NCBI GenBank assembly: GCA_050174015.1
Contig: JBFXKG010000007.1
Coordinates: forward strand, 128,001-192,000
Reading direction: 5' to 3'
Length of the DNA stretch: 64,000 bases
From: Candidatus Krumholzibacteriia bacterium
GTDB lineage: Bacteria; Krumholzibacteriota; Krumholzibacteriia; LZORAL124-64-63
Position 1 is the first letter of the stretch. Each line of letters starts with the position of its first letter. The notes beneath the pieces are model-generated. The model worked only from the letters and a program-made list of their open reading frames with translations, was not told the DNA's origin and made no database searches. The position numbers were made by a program, and so were the translations under genes. This document shows positions 54,182 through 64,000 of this stretch, piece by piece.

Positions 54182-57070
54182 CTACTTGACGAGCAGCATC
54201 TTCCGCACGACCTGGTCGGGGCCGGCGGAAAGCCGGAAGAAGTAGGTTCCGGACGCTGCGGTGGCTCCGCCGTCATCCGTTCCATCCCAGACGACCTTGT
54301 GCCGGCCGGCGGCCATGGTGCTGCTGTTGAGCGTCCGCACCAGGCTGCCGTCCACCCCGTAGATCGCCAGGGTGACGAACCTGCTCTCGGGCAGCGAGAA
54401 CGCGATGGTGGTCGAGGGATTGAACGGGTTGGGGAAGTTCTGCTCGGCCACGAACCGCGCCGGCAGGCTGCTGCCGACCGCCGGGTCGAGGTCCTCGTTG
54501 CCGATCCCGCGGGCCTTGATGCCCGCCTGGCCCAGATCCACGGCCTCGGGCACGTGCACGCGGAGCACCTCGCCGGAGCCGAGGAGGCCCGCGCCGTTGC
54601 CGATGACCGCCAGGTTGGCGTCCAGACCGTTGGCGTCGATGTTGCGCAGGAAGACCGGCATGCCCTGGCCGTCCAGGAGCGCCCCGGCTTCGACGGTGCA
54701 GTGCACCCCGTCGGGCAGGGGAGCGGTCACCCGCAGGCCCTTGAGGCTCGCGCAGGGCTCGGTCAGGGTCAGGGACCACAGACCGGGCTCCACCTGGCGC
54801 CAGCTGAGGGCGGGCGTCCCGCTGGCGGGGATCGCCAGCTTGCTGACGTTGCCGTAGTTCATGGCGAAGATCATCAGGTCCTCGAAGTCGATGACGCTGT
54901 CGGTCTCGGGGATGCCCACGCCCGAGTTGTCGTCGGTCGGGCCCACGTCGGCCTCGTTGTTGTAGCCGGTGATGCCGTCGGACCAGCCGAAGGTGGCGCC
55001 CAGGACCGTGATGTCCCCGGCGTCGACGTCGCCGTCATACAGATCGACGTCGCCCAGCCAGTAGTTGGTGGCCCGGTCGTTGGCGGCCGCGACCCCGCCG
55101 ATGTTGCCCGGCACGTCCACGGGGAAGACCTCGTAGTAGTACACGCCGCGGCCGGTGGTCATCCCGCCGTCCTCGAAGGAAAGAGTCCCGACCAGGACCG
55201 AGCCGGCGAATTCCCACTCGGGGCTGTTGAAGGCGTCGGTGCGGGTGGTCGGCCGGGTCGGGATCACGTCGGCGGCCAGGTCATCGTACTCGGGATACGC
55301 GCTGGTCCCGGGGGTGGCGTCGTACCACAACCCGCGCCAGATCTCGTAGTAGGCCACGTCGGTCCCATCGTGGGTCCAGCTCACGTCGACCTTCTCGTGG
55401 CCGGGCGCCGCGGTGATGCCGGTGACCGGAGCGGGGGCCGTGCAGTCCACCGTGAAGCCCAGGCCGGAGAAGAAGGCCATGATGGGCGTGTTGTCGGGTT
55501 CGCGCAGCTTGTAGCTGAGGATGTCGAACTGGACGGGGCCGTCGCCGGCGGTGGTCAGGTCCACCGAGAAAAGATCGCCGGCGGTGGTCAGACCGGTGGT
55601 CGTGCCCAGCAGGGCATCGTTCACCGTGAAGGTGCCGTCGCCGTTGTCCACCACGTCGAAGTAGTGAAGGCCCAGCCCGGCCAGGGCGCCGGCGTCATGG
55701 ATGTCGCCCTCGACGAAGGTCACAGGACCGGTGACCCCGAAGGTGATCTCGTAACCGCGCAGGGGGGCGGTGGCGAGGCCAGGCACGTACGCGACCGTCA
55801 CGGTCTTGGTCTGCCCGCACAGGACCGGGTCGGGACCGGTGACGCTGGAGGACAGGGTGGCGTAGGTCGTGTCGGTGGCCAGGGCCAGGGCGGTCGTGCA
55901 TTCGCCGCCGATTTCGGGGTAGTGGTTGCCGCTGTCGTAGACCCAGCCGCCGCTGGCATCCTGGGTCGCCGCGAGCCAGGATGCGGCCGAGGAGATCGGA
56001 CCGGCGAGGGCCGGGGTCGCACCCAGGTGATGCACCATGCCCATCACCGCGTAGGCCGTGGCTTGCCAGTCCGCATCCCCGCCCTGGGCCCCGTACTGGT
56101 CGCTGATGGAACCGTCGGGGTACTGGCAGGCGAGGAGCACCGTCTGGAGGGCGGGCAGTTCGGCCGTATGGGTTCCGGTGGTGGCGAAGGCCTGGATCAA
56201 GCCGGTGATCCCGATGGAGTACCAATAGTAATCGGGGGTGCTCCACGCCGGATCATAGCCCTGGCTGTGACCGAAAGGTTCGAAGTAACCCGGATTCGCC
56301 ATGTAGCTGTCCTGGTAGAGGACTTCCGCGATGGCGGCCCCTTCGAGGTCGTGGCCGCCGGCAGGGAAGGCGGCATGCATGAGCATGGCGGCCTCGGCCC
56401 AGGCGCCGATGTCCCAGGCGATGATCCCGTTGGGATAGCCCTGGCCGGCGCGGGCGTCCCGGATGTAGGCGGCCAGACCGGCCATCGATCCGTAGACGGT
56501 CAGATGGCGGTTCCAGATCGCCTGGGCCCCGCCCTGGTAGAAGGAGGGATTCGTGCATTCGGGCAGGGTGGCGAACTTCAGCAGGAAGATCACGTCGCTG
56601 GCGGACCGGATGCCGCCCGGGTCGGGCCCGATGGCGACCATCTTGTCCGCCGCATCCTGCATGGCGATCAGGTGCGACGGCTGGGGATCGAGCAGATAGG
56701 TCTCGAAGAGCCCCAGGGCGGTCACGCCGTAAAGGTTGGTGGGGCTGGCGGACGTGCTGTGGGAAAAGGCCGTCGTGCGCCAATCCCAGCCGCCGTCGTC
56801 GGGGTCGGTGTCGATCAGGCCGTTGCCGGCATTGTCGATCGTCTCGGAGACGTCGGCCTGCATCATGACCAGGTAGTCCGATCCGGCAAGGGCCCCGGCC
56901 ATGAAGTCCCCGGGATCGCCGAAGGCCTTGCCCGTCGGAAGATCACGCTTGGCCAGGGGATCGGCGGGCTGGGACTCGAAGGGCGACACCGCGGGAGCGG
57001 CGCCCCAGACGGTGGCGGACAGGGCCAGGCACAGGGCCGCGGCCAGAATGAGAATTCGCTTCATCTGCAT
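54182..57070 (-). CDS. Large secreted surface protein: alpha/alpha-barrel (prenyltransferase/QW-like repeats) N-terminus, cohesin/Fn3-like, dockerin-like and FlgD/T9SS-like domains
   Basis: Signal peptide. 'DDGGWDW', 'CQYPDGS', 'TQDASGGW' repeats. C-terminal module paralogous to 44283-48809. 'NFPNPFNP...RKMLLVK'. Confidence 0.78.
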   Translation of the reverse strand: MQMKRILILAAALCLALSATVWGAAPAVSPFESQPADPLAKRDLPTGKAFGDPGDFMAGALAGSDYLVMMQADVSETIDNAGNGLIDTDPDDGGWDWRTTAFSHSTSASPTNLYGVTALGLFETYLLDPQPSHLIAMQDAADKMVAIGPDPGGIRSASDVIFLLKFATLPECTNPSFYQGGAQAIWNRHLTVYGSMAGLAAYIRDARAGQGYPNGIIAWDIGAWAEAAMLMHAAFPAGGHDLEGAAIAEVLYQDSYMANPGYFEPFGHSQGYDPAWSTPDYYWYSIGITGLIQAFATTGTHTAELPALQTVLLACQYPDGSISDQYGAQGGDADWQATAYAVMGMVHHLGATPALAGPISSAASWLAATQDASGGWVYDSGNHYPEIGGECTTALALATDTTYATLSSSVTGPDPVLCGQTKTVTVAYVPGLATAPLRGYEITFGVTGPVTFVEGDIHDAGALAGLGLHYFDVVDNGDGTFTVNDALLGTTTGLTTAGDLFSVDLTTAGDGPVQFDILSYKLREPDNTPIMAFFSGLGFTVDCTAPAPVTGITAAPGHEKVDVSWTHDGTDVAYYEIWRGLWYDATPGTSAYPEYDDLAADVIPTRPTTRTDAFNSPEWEFAGSVLVGTLSFEDGGMTTGRGVYYYEVFPVDVPGNIGGVAAANDRATNYWLGDVDLYDGDVDAGDITVLGATFGWSDGITGYNNEADVGPTDDNSGVGIPETDSVIDFEDLMIFAMNYGNVSKLAIPASGTPALSWRQVEPGLWSLTLTEPCASLKGLRVTAPLPDGVHCTVEAGALLDGQGMPVFLRNIDANGLDANLAVIGNGAGLLGSGEVLRVHVPEAVDLGQAGIKARGIGNEDLDPAVGSSLPARFVAEQNFPNPFNPSTTIAFSLPESRFVTLAIYGVDGSLVRTLNSSTMAAGRHKVVWDGTDDGGATAASGTYFFRLSAGPDQVVRKMLLVK

Positions 57071-57252
57071 GATGGGTTCCCCCCGTTGCAAGGAAAATGG
57101 AATCGATACGTGGTGGAATGGGCGATGGCAGAAGTGGGATCACCTCCTCATCCCGCACGGATGCAGGCTCCAGGGTGCTTCTCTGGCGGAAAATCAGGTG
57201 GGCGAGTAGTGGGCGATATATCGTGATCCGGCTTGATCTCCAAGCCTCCATG

Positions 57253-57281
57253 ATTGTATTCCAATGCGACAGGGATTTCAA
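57253..57281 (-). promoter_or_regulatory. Sigma70-like promoter for the 57070 gene
   Basis: On the minus strand: TTGAAA-17 nt-TACAAT. Confidence 0.55.
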
Positions 57282-57380
57282 CAAGTGATTGCGATATCTA
57301 CGCTGGCAGGGAATCCGGCCGTCCTTTAGGATCCGCACGACCGGAGGAGGCATTCCTTACCCGAATTCAGGACGATCGCC

Positions 57381-58550
57381 ATGCTCGGATGCTTTCTGCT
57401 CAGTGGGGTGGCCCGCAGATGCCGCCTTGCCCTGTGTTCCGGAGTGGTCGTCCTAAGCGTCTGGAACCCCGTCCACGCCGAGGAATTCTCCGCCCTCGGC
57501 GGCGGCACGGTCGTGGGCCGCAGCACCGGATACGCCCTGGGCGTTCCCGGCGGACATCTGCCCGGGGTGGGCGAGGCCGACCTGGCGGTGGAGACGGCCT
57601 TCTTCTTCAAGAACCTGGAGCTGTTCCAGGTGCCCGGGGCCCTCGGAGAGACCTTCATGGCCTACGCGGCGCCGGTCCGGCTGCGGTACCGGGCGGCATC
57701 CGATCTGACGCTCGAGGTCGGGGCCGTCCTGGGTCACGACCTCGGCGACGACGATGGCCTGAATCTGCGGCGCCCCCTGTTGCGCCTCGTGCACGACCCC
57801 GCTCCGCGGGTCCACTTCATCGCGGGCACCCTGCTGCAGACCCACTGGATCCACGACGCCATCCTGGACGACGTTCAGAAGTTCCGGACCGGCGTGGAGC
57901 AGGGATTCCAGCTTCGCGCCGACCGGGAGCACTACCTGAGCGACACCTGGGTGGACTGGAGGGTCCGGGAAGGAGAGGTCCGCTCGGAGGAGTTCGAAGT
58001 CGCCTCGGCCCACCGGTTCGCCCTGGTAGGGGGGCGCCTGCACCTGGACGGGCAATTCATGTGGACCCACACGGGGGGCCAGGTCAGCATCAGCGGCCGC
58101 ATCGAGCAGAACCTCATCTACCTGGCAGGCTTGTCCTGGGGTCAGGGGCGGGAGGCCGCCGGGCCTCTGGACGGCTGGCGCCTGGGCTACAGCTGGATCT
58201 TCGACCGCGACGAGACGAACACCAGGCCCCTGGACGAGGGTACGGGCCACGACCTGTGGGCGCGGGGGGACGTCTCCCTGAAGCGGGGCATGGCCCTGCG
58301 GCTGTTCGGGTCGCGGTGGTGGGGGAACGATCTGGTCTCGGGGCTGGGGGATCCGCTCTACGCCCTGGACGACTACTCCCAGGCCGGGGTCAACCTGCTG
58401 ATCACCCCCCCGGGCCGGGGACTGGCCATCGAGGCGGGGTTCGTCCACCAGTGGACCGGAGACGTCCGCAACCTGACCTACCAGCTGGCAGTCACCTGGG
58501 GCCGGGCGTTCCGGCTGGGCCGGCTCGACCCACTGCAGCCAGCACCCTGA
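57381..58550 (+). CDS. Hypothetical outer-membrane beta-barrel protein
   Basis: Signal peptide (…VHA-EE), alternating hydrophobic beta-strand pattern, aromatic-rich. Start uncertain. Confidence 0.65.
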   Translation: MLGCFLLSGVARRCRLALCSGVVVLSVWNPVHAEEFSALGGGTVVGRSTGYALGVPGGHLPGVGEADLAVETAFFFKNLELFQVPGALGETFMAYAAPVRLRYRAASDLTLEVGAVLGHDLGDDDGLNLRRPLLRLVHDPAPRVHFIAGTLLQTHWIHDAILDDVQKFRTGVEQGFQLRADREHYLSDTWVDWRVREGEVRSEEFEVASAHRFALVGGRLHLDGQFMWTHTGGQVSISGRIEQNLIYLAGLSWGQGREAAGPLDGWRLGYSWIFDRDETNTRPLDEGTGHDLWARGDVSLKRGMALRLFGSRWWGNDLVSGLGDPLYALDDYSQAGVNLLITPPGRGLAIEAGFVHQWTGDVRNLTYQLAVTWGRAFRLGRLDPLQPAP

Positions 58551-59400
58551 GGAACTGCATCGATTCGGCCACGTCGTGGACGCGGACCGCCGCGACGCCG
58601 GCCAGGTAGCCGGCGGCCAGGGCGGCCAGGCTGCCGGGCAGGCGGTCGCTCGTGTCCGCCCCCGTCACGTCCCCGATGAACCGCTTGCGGCTGGCGCCCA
58701 GCAGCAGCCCCACGTCTCCGCCCAGATCCTTGAGCCGCGCCAGCAGGGCCAGGTTGTGGTCCAGGGTCTTCCCGAACCCGATGCCGGGATCGACCAGCAG
58801 CCGACCACGGGGGATGCCCGCCGCCTCCGCGGCCGCCACCCGTTCGGCGAGGTGCGCCGCCACTTCGGCGACGACGTCACCGTAGCGCGGGGCGTCCTGC
58901 ATGGTCCGGGGGGTTCCCTGCCTGTGCATCAGGATCACTCCGCAGCCGGCCTCGGCCACCAGCGGCAGCAGGTCCGGATCGGCCAGGCCGGCGCTGATGT
59001 CGTTGACCGCGTCGGCGCCGGCGGCCAGGGCCGCCCGGGCCGTGCCCGCCCGGGTCGTGTCGACGGTGAGGGGGACGTCGGGCAGGGCGGCGCGGACGGC
59101 CGCCACCACCGGCAGCAGCCGGTCGAGTTCCTCGTCCTGACCGATGGCTCGCGCGCCGGGCCGGGTGGATTCGGCCCCGAGGTCGAGCAGATCGGCCCCG
59201 GCGGCCGTCATGGCCCGGGCCGCGGCCACCGCGGCTGCGGGATCGGCCCGGCGGGAACCGGCATGGAAGCTGTCGGGGGTGGCGTTGATGACTCCCATGA
59301 CCAGGGGATGGTCCCGGGGTTCGAGGCTCAGGCGCCCCAGGTTCCAGCCCGGAGCGCGAAAGGGGGGCACGCAGCCCCCCTTGAACACGCGGTCGGCCAT
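58492..59400 (-). CDS. folP: Dihydropteroate synthase
   Basis: 'MGVINATPDSF', 'GAESTRPGA', 'VDPGIGFGKT', 'GASRKRF', 'RVHDV'. Confidence 0.96.
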   Translation of the reverse strand: MADRVFKGGCVPPFRAPGWNLGRLSLEPRDHPLVMGVINATPDSFHAGSRRADPAAAVAAARAMTAAGADLLDLGAESTRPGARAIGQDEELDRLLPVVAAVRAALPDVPLTVDTTRAGTARAALAAGADAVNDISAGLADPDLLPLVAEAGCGVILMHRQGTPRTMQDAPRYGDVVAEVAAHLAERVAAAEAAGIPRGRLLVDPGIGFGKTLDHNLALLARLKDLGGDVGLLLGASRKRFIGDVTGADTSDRLPGSLAALAAGYLAGVAAVRVHDVAESMQFLRVLAAVGRAGPAGTPGPR

Positions 59401-59404
59401 GGGG

Positions 59405-61465
<2,061 letters not shown>

Positions 61466-61470
61466 GCGGT

Positions 61471-62922
61471 TCAGTTCCCTTGCGTCGGATTGTCCATGCG
61501 TCTGGAGACCGAGATAGTAACCATCCGGTCGGTATCAGGCAACAGCCGGGTGCGCTCGGCGCGGGCCAGACCCACCACCCAGAGAACGCCCTCGGCGTCG
61601 GCCACCACCAGGACGGAGTCCCTGCGGTCGGCCGGCACCTTCTTCTCCTGAAGCAAGTCGCTCAGCTTCTTGGATCCCGCCAGGCCGAACGGCTGCAGCC
61701 GGTCGCCCGACCTGGGATTGCGGACCTGGAGAGGGCCGCGGAGGCAGCCGGCGGGGCAGGTCAGCCGCCATTCGTCAGGGCCGCGGGTCTCTCCGGGGCC
61801 CTCGGCGCGGCCCAGTTCGACGGGGTCGATTCCGCCGGGGCGGGTCGCCACCAAAATACGATAATCGGACGCGGGCCGCAGGGGGGCGGTTGCTCCCGGG
61901 ACGGCCTCGAGGCCGATGCGGTCGAAATCCCGCCGGATCCTCCGCCCTCCCGGCAGGTCCAATCCCGTGCCGGACTGCCCCTTGCGCAGCCAGTCCAGGA
62001 TGGCCTGGACGTGGACCTGCCCTGCGCCGTCAGGTTCACTACCCCCGGCAGCGGGACCTTGTTCGGTGTCATGGAGCCAGCGGTGCACCACCCGCGCGGC
62101 CAGGACGGGGTCCAGGTCCAGCAGAGGGGGAACGTCGAGGCTTACCCCGTCCCCACCCCCGCCGATGCGGGCGAGCGTCTCTGCGGTGAGCCGATCCAGG
62201 AAGGCCAGATCCCGGCCGAGCAGGCCGACCGCCCTGGCGGGGTTGCGATGGCAGCCCAGGCCGAACAGATCGTCCACCAGGGGGATGAGTTCCCGCCGCA
62301 TCCGGGCCCGCAGGTTGTCCCCGGTTTCGTTGCTCGCATCGATCCGCCAGACCTGGCCCAGCGCTTCCAGCCCGGCCACGAGGTCGCGCCGCCCCATTTC
62401 CAGGAGCGGCCGGATGAGCCGGCCCTCTCGGGCCTGCATCCCCGTCAGGCCGGCGGGGCCGGTGCCGCGGAACAGGCGCATCAGGACGGTCTCGGCCTGG
62501 TCGTCGGCGTGATGGCCGGTGGCCACGGCGTGGAGGTGTTCGCTGCGGTCGAGGATCTCCGCGAAGAGACCCAGCCTCAGGTGCCGGCCGGCCTCTTCCA
62601 GGCCCAGTCCCCGGGACCGGGCGACCGGCCGGGGATCCCGCCGGTGTTCGTGCAGAGGAATGCCGAGATCGCCGCAGAGCCGGCGGCAGAATTCCCGGTC
62701 CCCGGCGGATTCTTCCCCCCGCAGGGCGTGGTCCAGGTGGACGGCTTCCAGGGGATTCCCCCCGGCCCGGGCCCATTCCCGGGCGCCGAGCAGCAGGGCC
62801 ACCGAATCGGATCCCCCCGAAAGGGCGACCAGCAGGCCGGCCCCGGGCCGGGACGGCTCGATCTGCGCCATCAATCCCTTGATGCGCCCGGCGATGTCGC
62901 GGAGGAAGAGGGACCCGTTCAC
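61471..62922 (-). CDS. tilS: tRNA(Ile)-lysidine synthetase
   Basis: PP-loop 'ALSGGSDSVALL', 'HLDHALRG', 'TGHHADDQAETVLMRLFRGTG', 'IRPLL', C-terminal 'KKLSDLL.EKKVP..RR'. Confidence 0.95.
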   Translation of the reverse strand: MNGSLFLRDIAGRIKGLMAQIEPSRPGAGLLVALSGGSDSVALLLGAREWARAGGNPLEAVHLDHALRGEESAGDREFCRRLCGDLGIPLHEHRRDPRPVARSRGLGLEEAGRHLRLGLFAEILDRSEHLHAVATGHHADDQAETVLMRLFRGTGPAGLTGMQAREGRLIRPLLEMGRRDLVAGLEALGQVWRIDASNETGDNLRARMRRELIPLVDDLFGLGCHRNPARAVGLLGRDLAFLDRLTAETLARIGGGGDGVSLDVPPLLDLDPVLAARVVHRWLHDTEQGPAAGGSEPDGAGQVHVQAILDWLRKGQSGTGLDLPGGRRIRRDFDRIGLEAVPGATAPLRPASDYRILVATRPGGIDPVELGRAEGPGETRGPDEWRLTCPAGCLRGPLQVRNPRSGDRLQPFGLAGSKKLSDLLQEKKVPADRRDSVLVVADAEGVLWVVGLARAERTRLLPDTDRMVTISVSRRMDNPTQGN

Positions 62923-63008
62923 GATGCCTCCAAGGCGGCCAGGAGGGTCGGGGCTGGGGGTCTCCTCATGGGGGAGGCCCGGGAGCGGCGCATACCGGCA
63001 AAAAAAAA

Positions 63009-63085
63009 TGGTAGCGGCTCAGGGATTCGAACCCCGGACACACGGATTATGATTCCGTTGCTCTAACCAACTGAGCTAAGCCGCC
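63009..63085 (-). tRNA. tRNA-Met (CAT), elongator type
   Basis: Reverse complement is GGCGGCTTAGCTCAGTTGGTTAGAGCAACGGAATCATAATCCGTGTGTCCGGGGTTCGAATCCCTGAGCCGCTACCA: cloverleaf, anticodon CAT, encoded CCA. It lacks the initiator three-G-C anticodon stem. Confidence 0.92.
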
Positions 63086-63159
63086 ACCATATATTCGGTT
63101 TTCGGACGGGACCCTGGGATCCCCGAAGCAAGGCCAGAATTTATCCCATGAGGGTGTCC

Positions 63160-63188
63160 TTGTCAAGGCGGCCCGCTCCCCCTATGCT
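63160..63188 (+). promoter_or_regulatory. Sigma70-like promoter positioned for a leaderless ilvC transcript
   Basis: TTGTCA-17 nt-TATGCT, with the ATG beginning 7 nt after the -10 box and no Shine-Dalgarno. Confidence 0.55.
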
Positions 63189-63194
63189 CCGGGT

Positions 63195-64000
63195 ATGAGC
63201 ACCCGTTTCTTCCCCGGATATCCCCCTGGCGAGGGGTCCGTCATCGAGCCCGAGGCCGTGGATCTGGGGCCCCTGGCGGGCCGCTGCGTCACGGTGATCG
63301 GCTACGGGACCATGGGGCGGGCCATGGCCCTGAACCTCCGCCGCAGCGGCGTCCGTGTCCTGGTCGGCGCCCGGGAGGGCTCCCCCCGCCGGGATCTGGC
63401 CCTCGCCGAGGGGCTCGAGGTGTCCGATCCCGCCCGGGCCACCGCCCGGGGTGACGTGGTGATGCTCCTGCTCCCGGACGAGGCCATGGCGGGGGTCTTC
63501 GCCCGGGACATCGCCCCGCACCTGCAGCCGGACGCCGCGCTGGGGTTCGCCCACGGTTTCGCCGTCGCCTTCGGGCAGATCGATCCGGGTCCCGCCCGGG
63601 ACTGCTTCCTGGCGGCCCCCAAGGGCCAGGGCGACATGCTGCTGGCCGCCCACGCCGCCGGCGGAGGTGTTCCGGGACTGCTGGCCGTGACCGGGACGTC
63701 CCGGCCTGAAACCTGGGATCTCGCCGCTGCGTACGCCAAGGCCGTCGGCTGCCTGGCCGGCGGGGGATTCGTGACCACCTTCCGGCAGGAGTGCGTGAGC
63801 GACCAGTTCGGCGAGCAGGTCGTCCTGTGCGGCGGTGTCCTCGAACTGCTCAAGGCGGCCTTCGCCGTCATGGTCGAGGCGGGTTACGGCGAACAGAACG
63901 CCTACTTCGAGTGTATCCACGAGTTGAAGCTGATCACCGACCTGGTGCACCGGCAGGGAATCGACGGGATGCGGGGGCGCATCAGCGGAACCGCCGCCTA
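63195..64000 (+). CDS. ilvC: Ketol-acid reductoisomerase (3'-truncated by window edge; absent from ORF track)
   Basis: Manual translation gives 'VTVIGYGTMGRAMALNLRRSG', 'LLPDE', 'GFAHGF', 'APKGQG', 'SDQFGEQVVLCGG', 'AYFECIHELKLITDL'. Confidence 0.92.
   Translation, partial: MSTRFFPGYPPGEGSVIEPEAVDLGPLAGRCVTVIGYGTMGRAMALNLRRSGVRVLVGAREGSPRRDLALAEGLEVSDPARATARGDVVMLLLPDEAMAGVFARDIAPHLQPDAALGFAHGFAVAFGQIDPGPARDCFLAAPKGQGDMLLAAHAAGGGVPGLLAVTGTSRPETWDLAAAYAKAVGCLAGGGFVTTFRQECVSDQFGEQVVLCGGVLELLKAAFAVMVEAGYGEQNAYFECIHELKLITDLVHRQGIDGMRGRISGTAA

Noticed and set aside
63009..63085. tRNA-Ile2(CAT), suggested by the adjacent tilS
   Set aside because: The acceptor stem GGCGGCT has G4/G5 rather than the C4/C5 typical of TilS substrates and resembles elongator tRNA-Met. 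tRNAscan-SE isotype models would settle it.
62923..63085. Integrated element at the tRNA 3' end
   Set aside because: No integrase or duplicated tRNA 3' end was seen, and the flanks are the housekeeping genes tilS and ilvC.

Overview
GC-rich, gene-dense bacterial chromosomal segment. The many C-terminal FlgD/T9SS-like sorting domains and '..FGxxKALFR' tails suggest an FCB-group candidate lineage such as Krumholzibacteriota/Latescibacterota (inference). Housekeeping genes: nnr, tsaD, priA, aroB, four-subunit pyruvate:ferredoxin oxidoreductase, folP-ftsH-tilS, tRNA-Met and partial ilvC. A five-gene c-di-GMP/two-component cluster follows a sigma54-type promoter. The standout is 36937-43870: an MtrA/DmsE-type decaheme cytochrome, an MtrB-like beta-barrel, a TetR regulator, a ~12-heme cytochrome c lipoprotein, and a four-domain rhodanese lipoprotein. 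The ORF track splits the ~12-heme protein at an in-frame TGA (40648-40650). That TGA is followed by a bacterial SECIS-like hairpin, so the protein is a likely selenocysteine-containing multiheme cytochrome. Together these suggest a porin-cytochrome conduit ending in a seleno-cytochrome/rhodanese module for extracellular sulfur or chalcogen chemistry. A second notable locus (44283-57070) is a mirror-symmetric array of secreted cohesin/dockerin-like proteins around a Cys-less asparagine-synthetase-like ligase. No CRISPR array, rRNA or transposase was seen. All family assignments come from motif recognition by eye; no searches were run.
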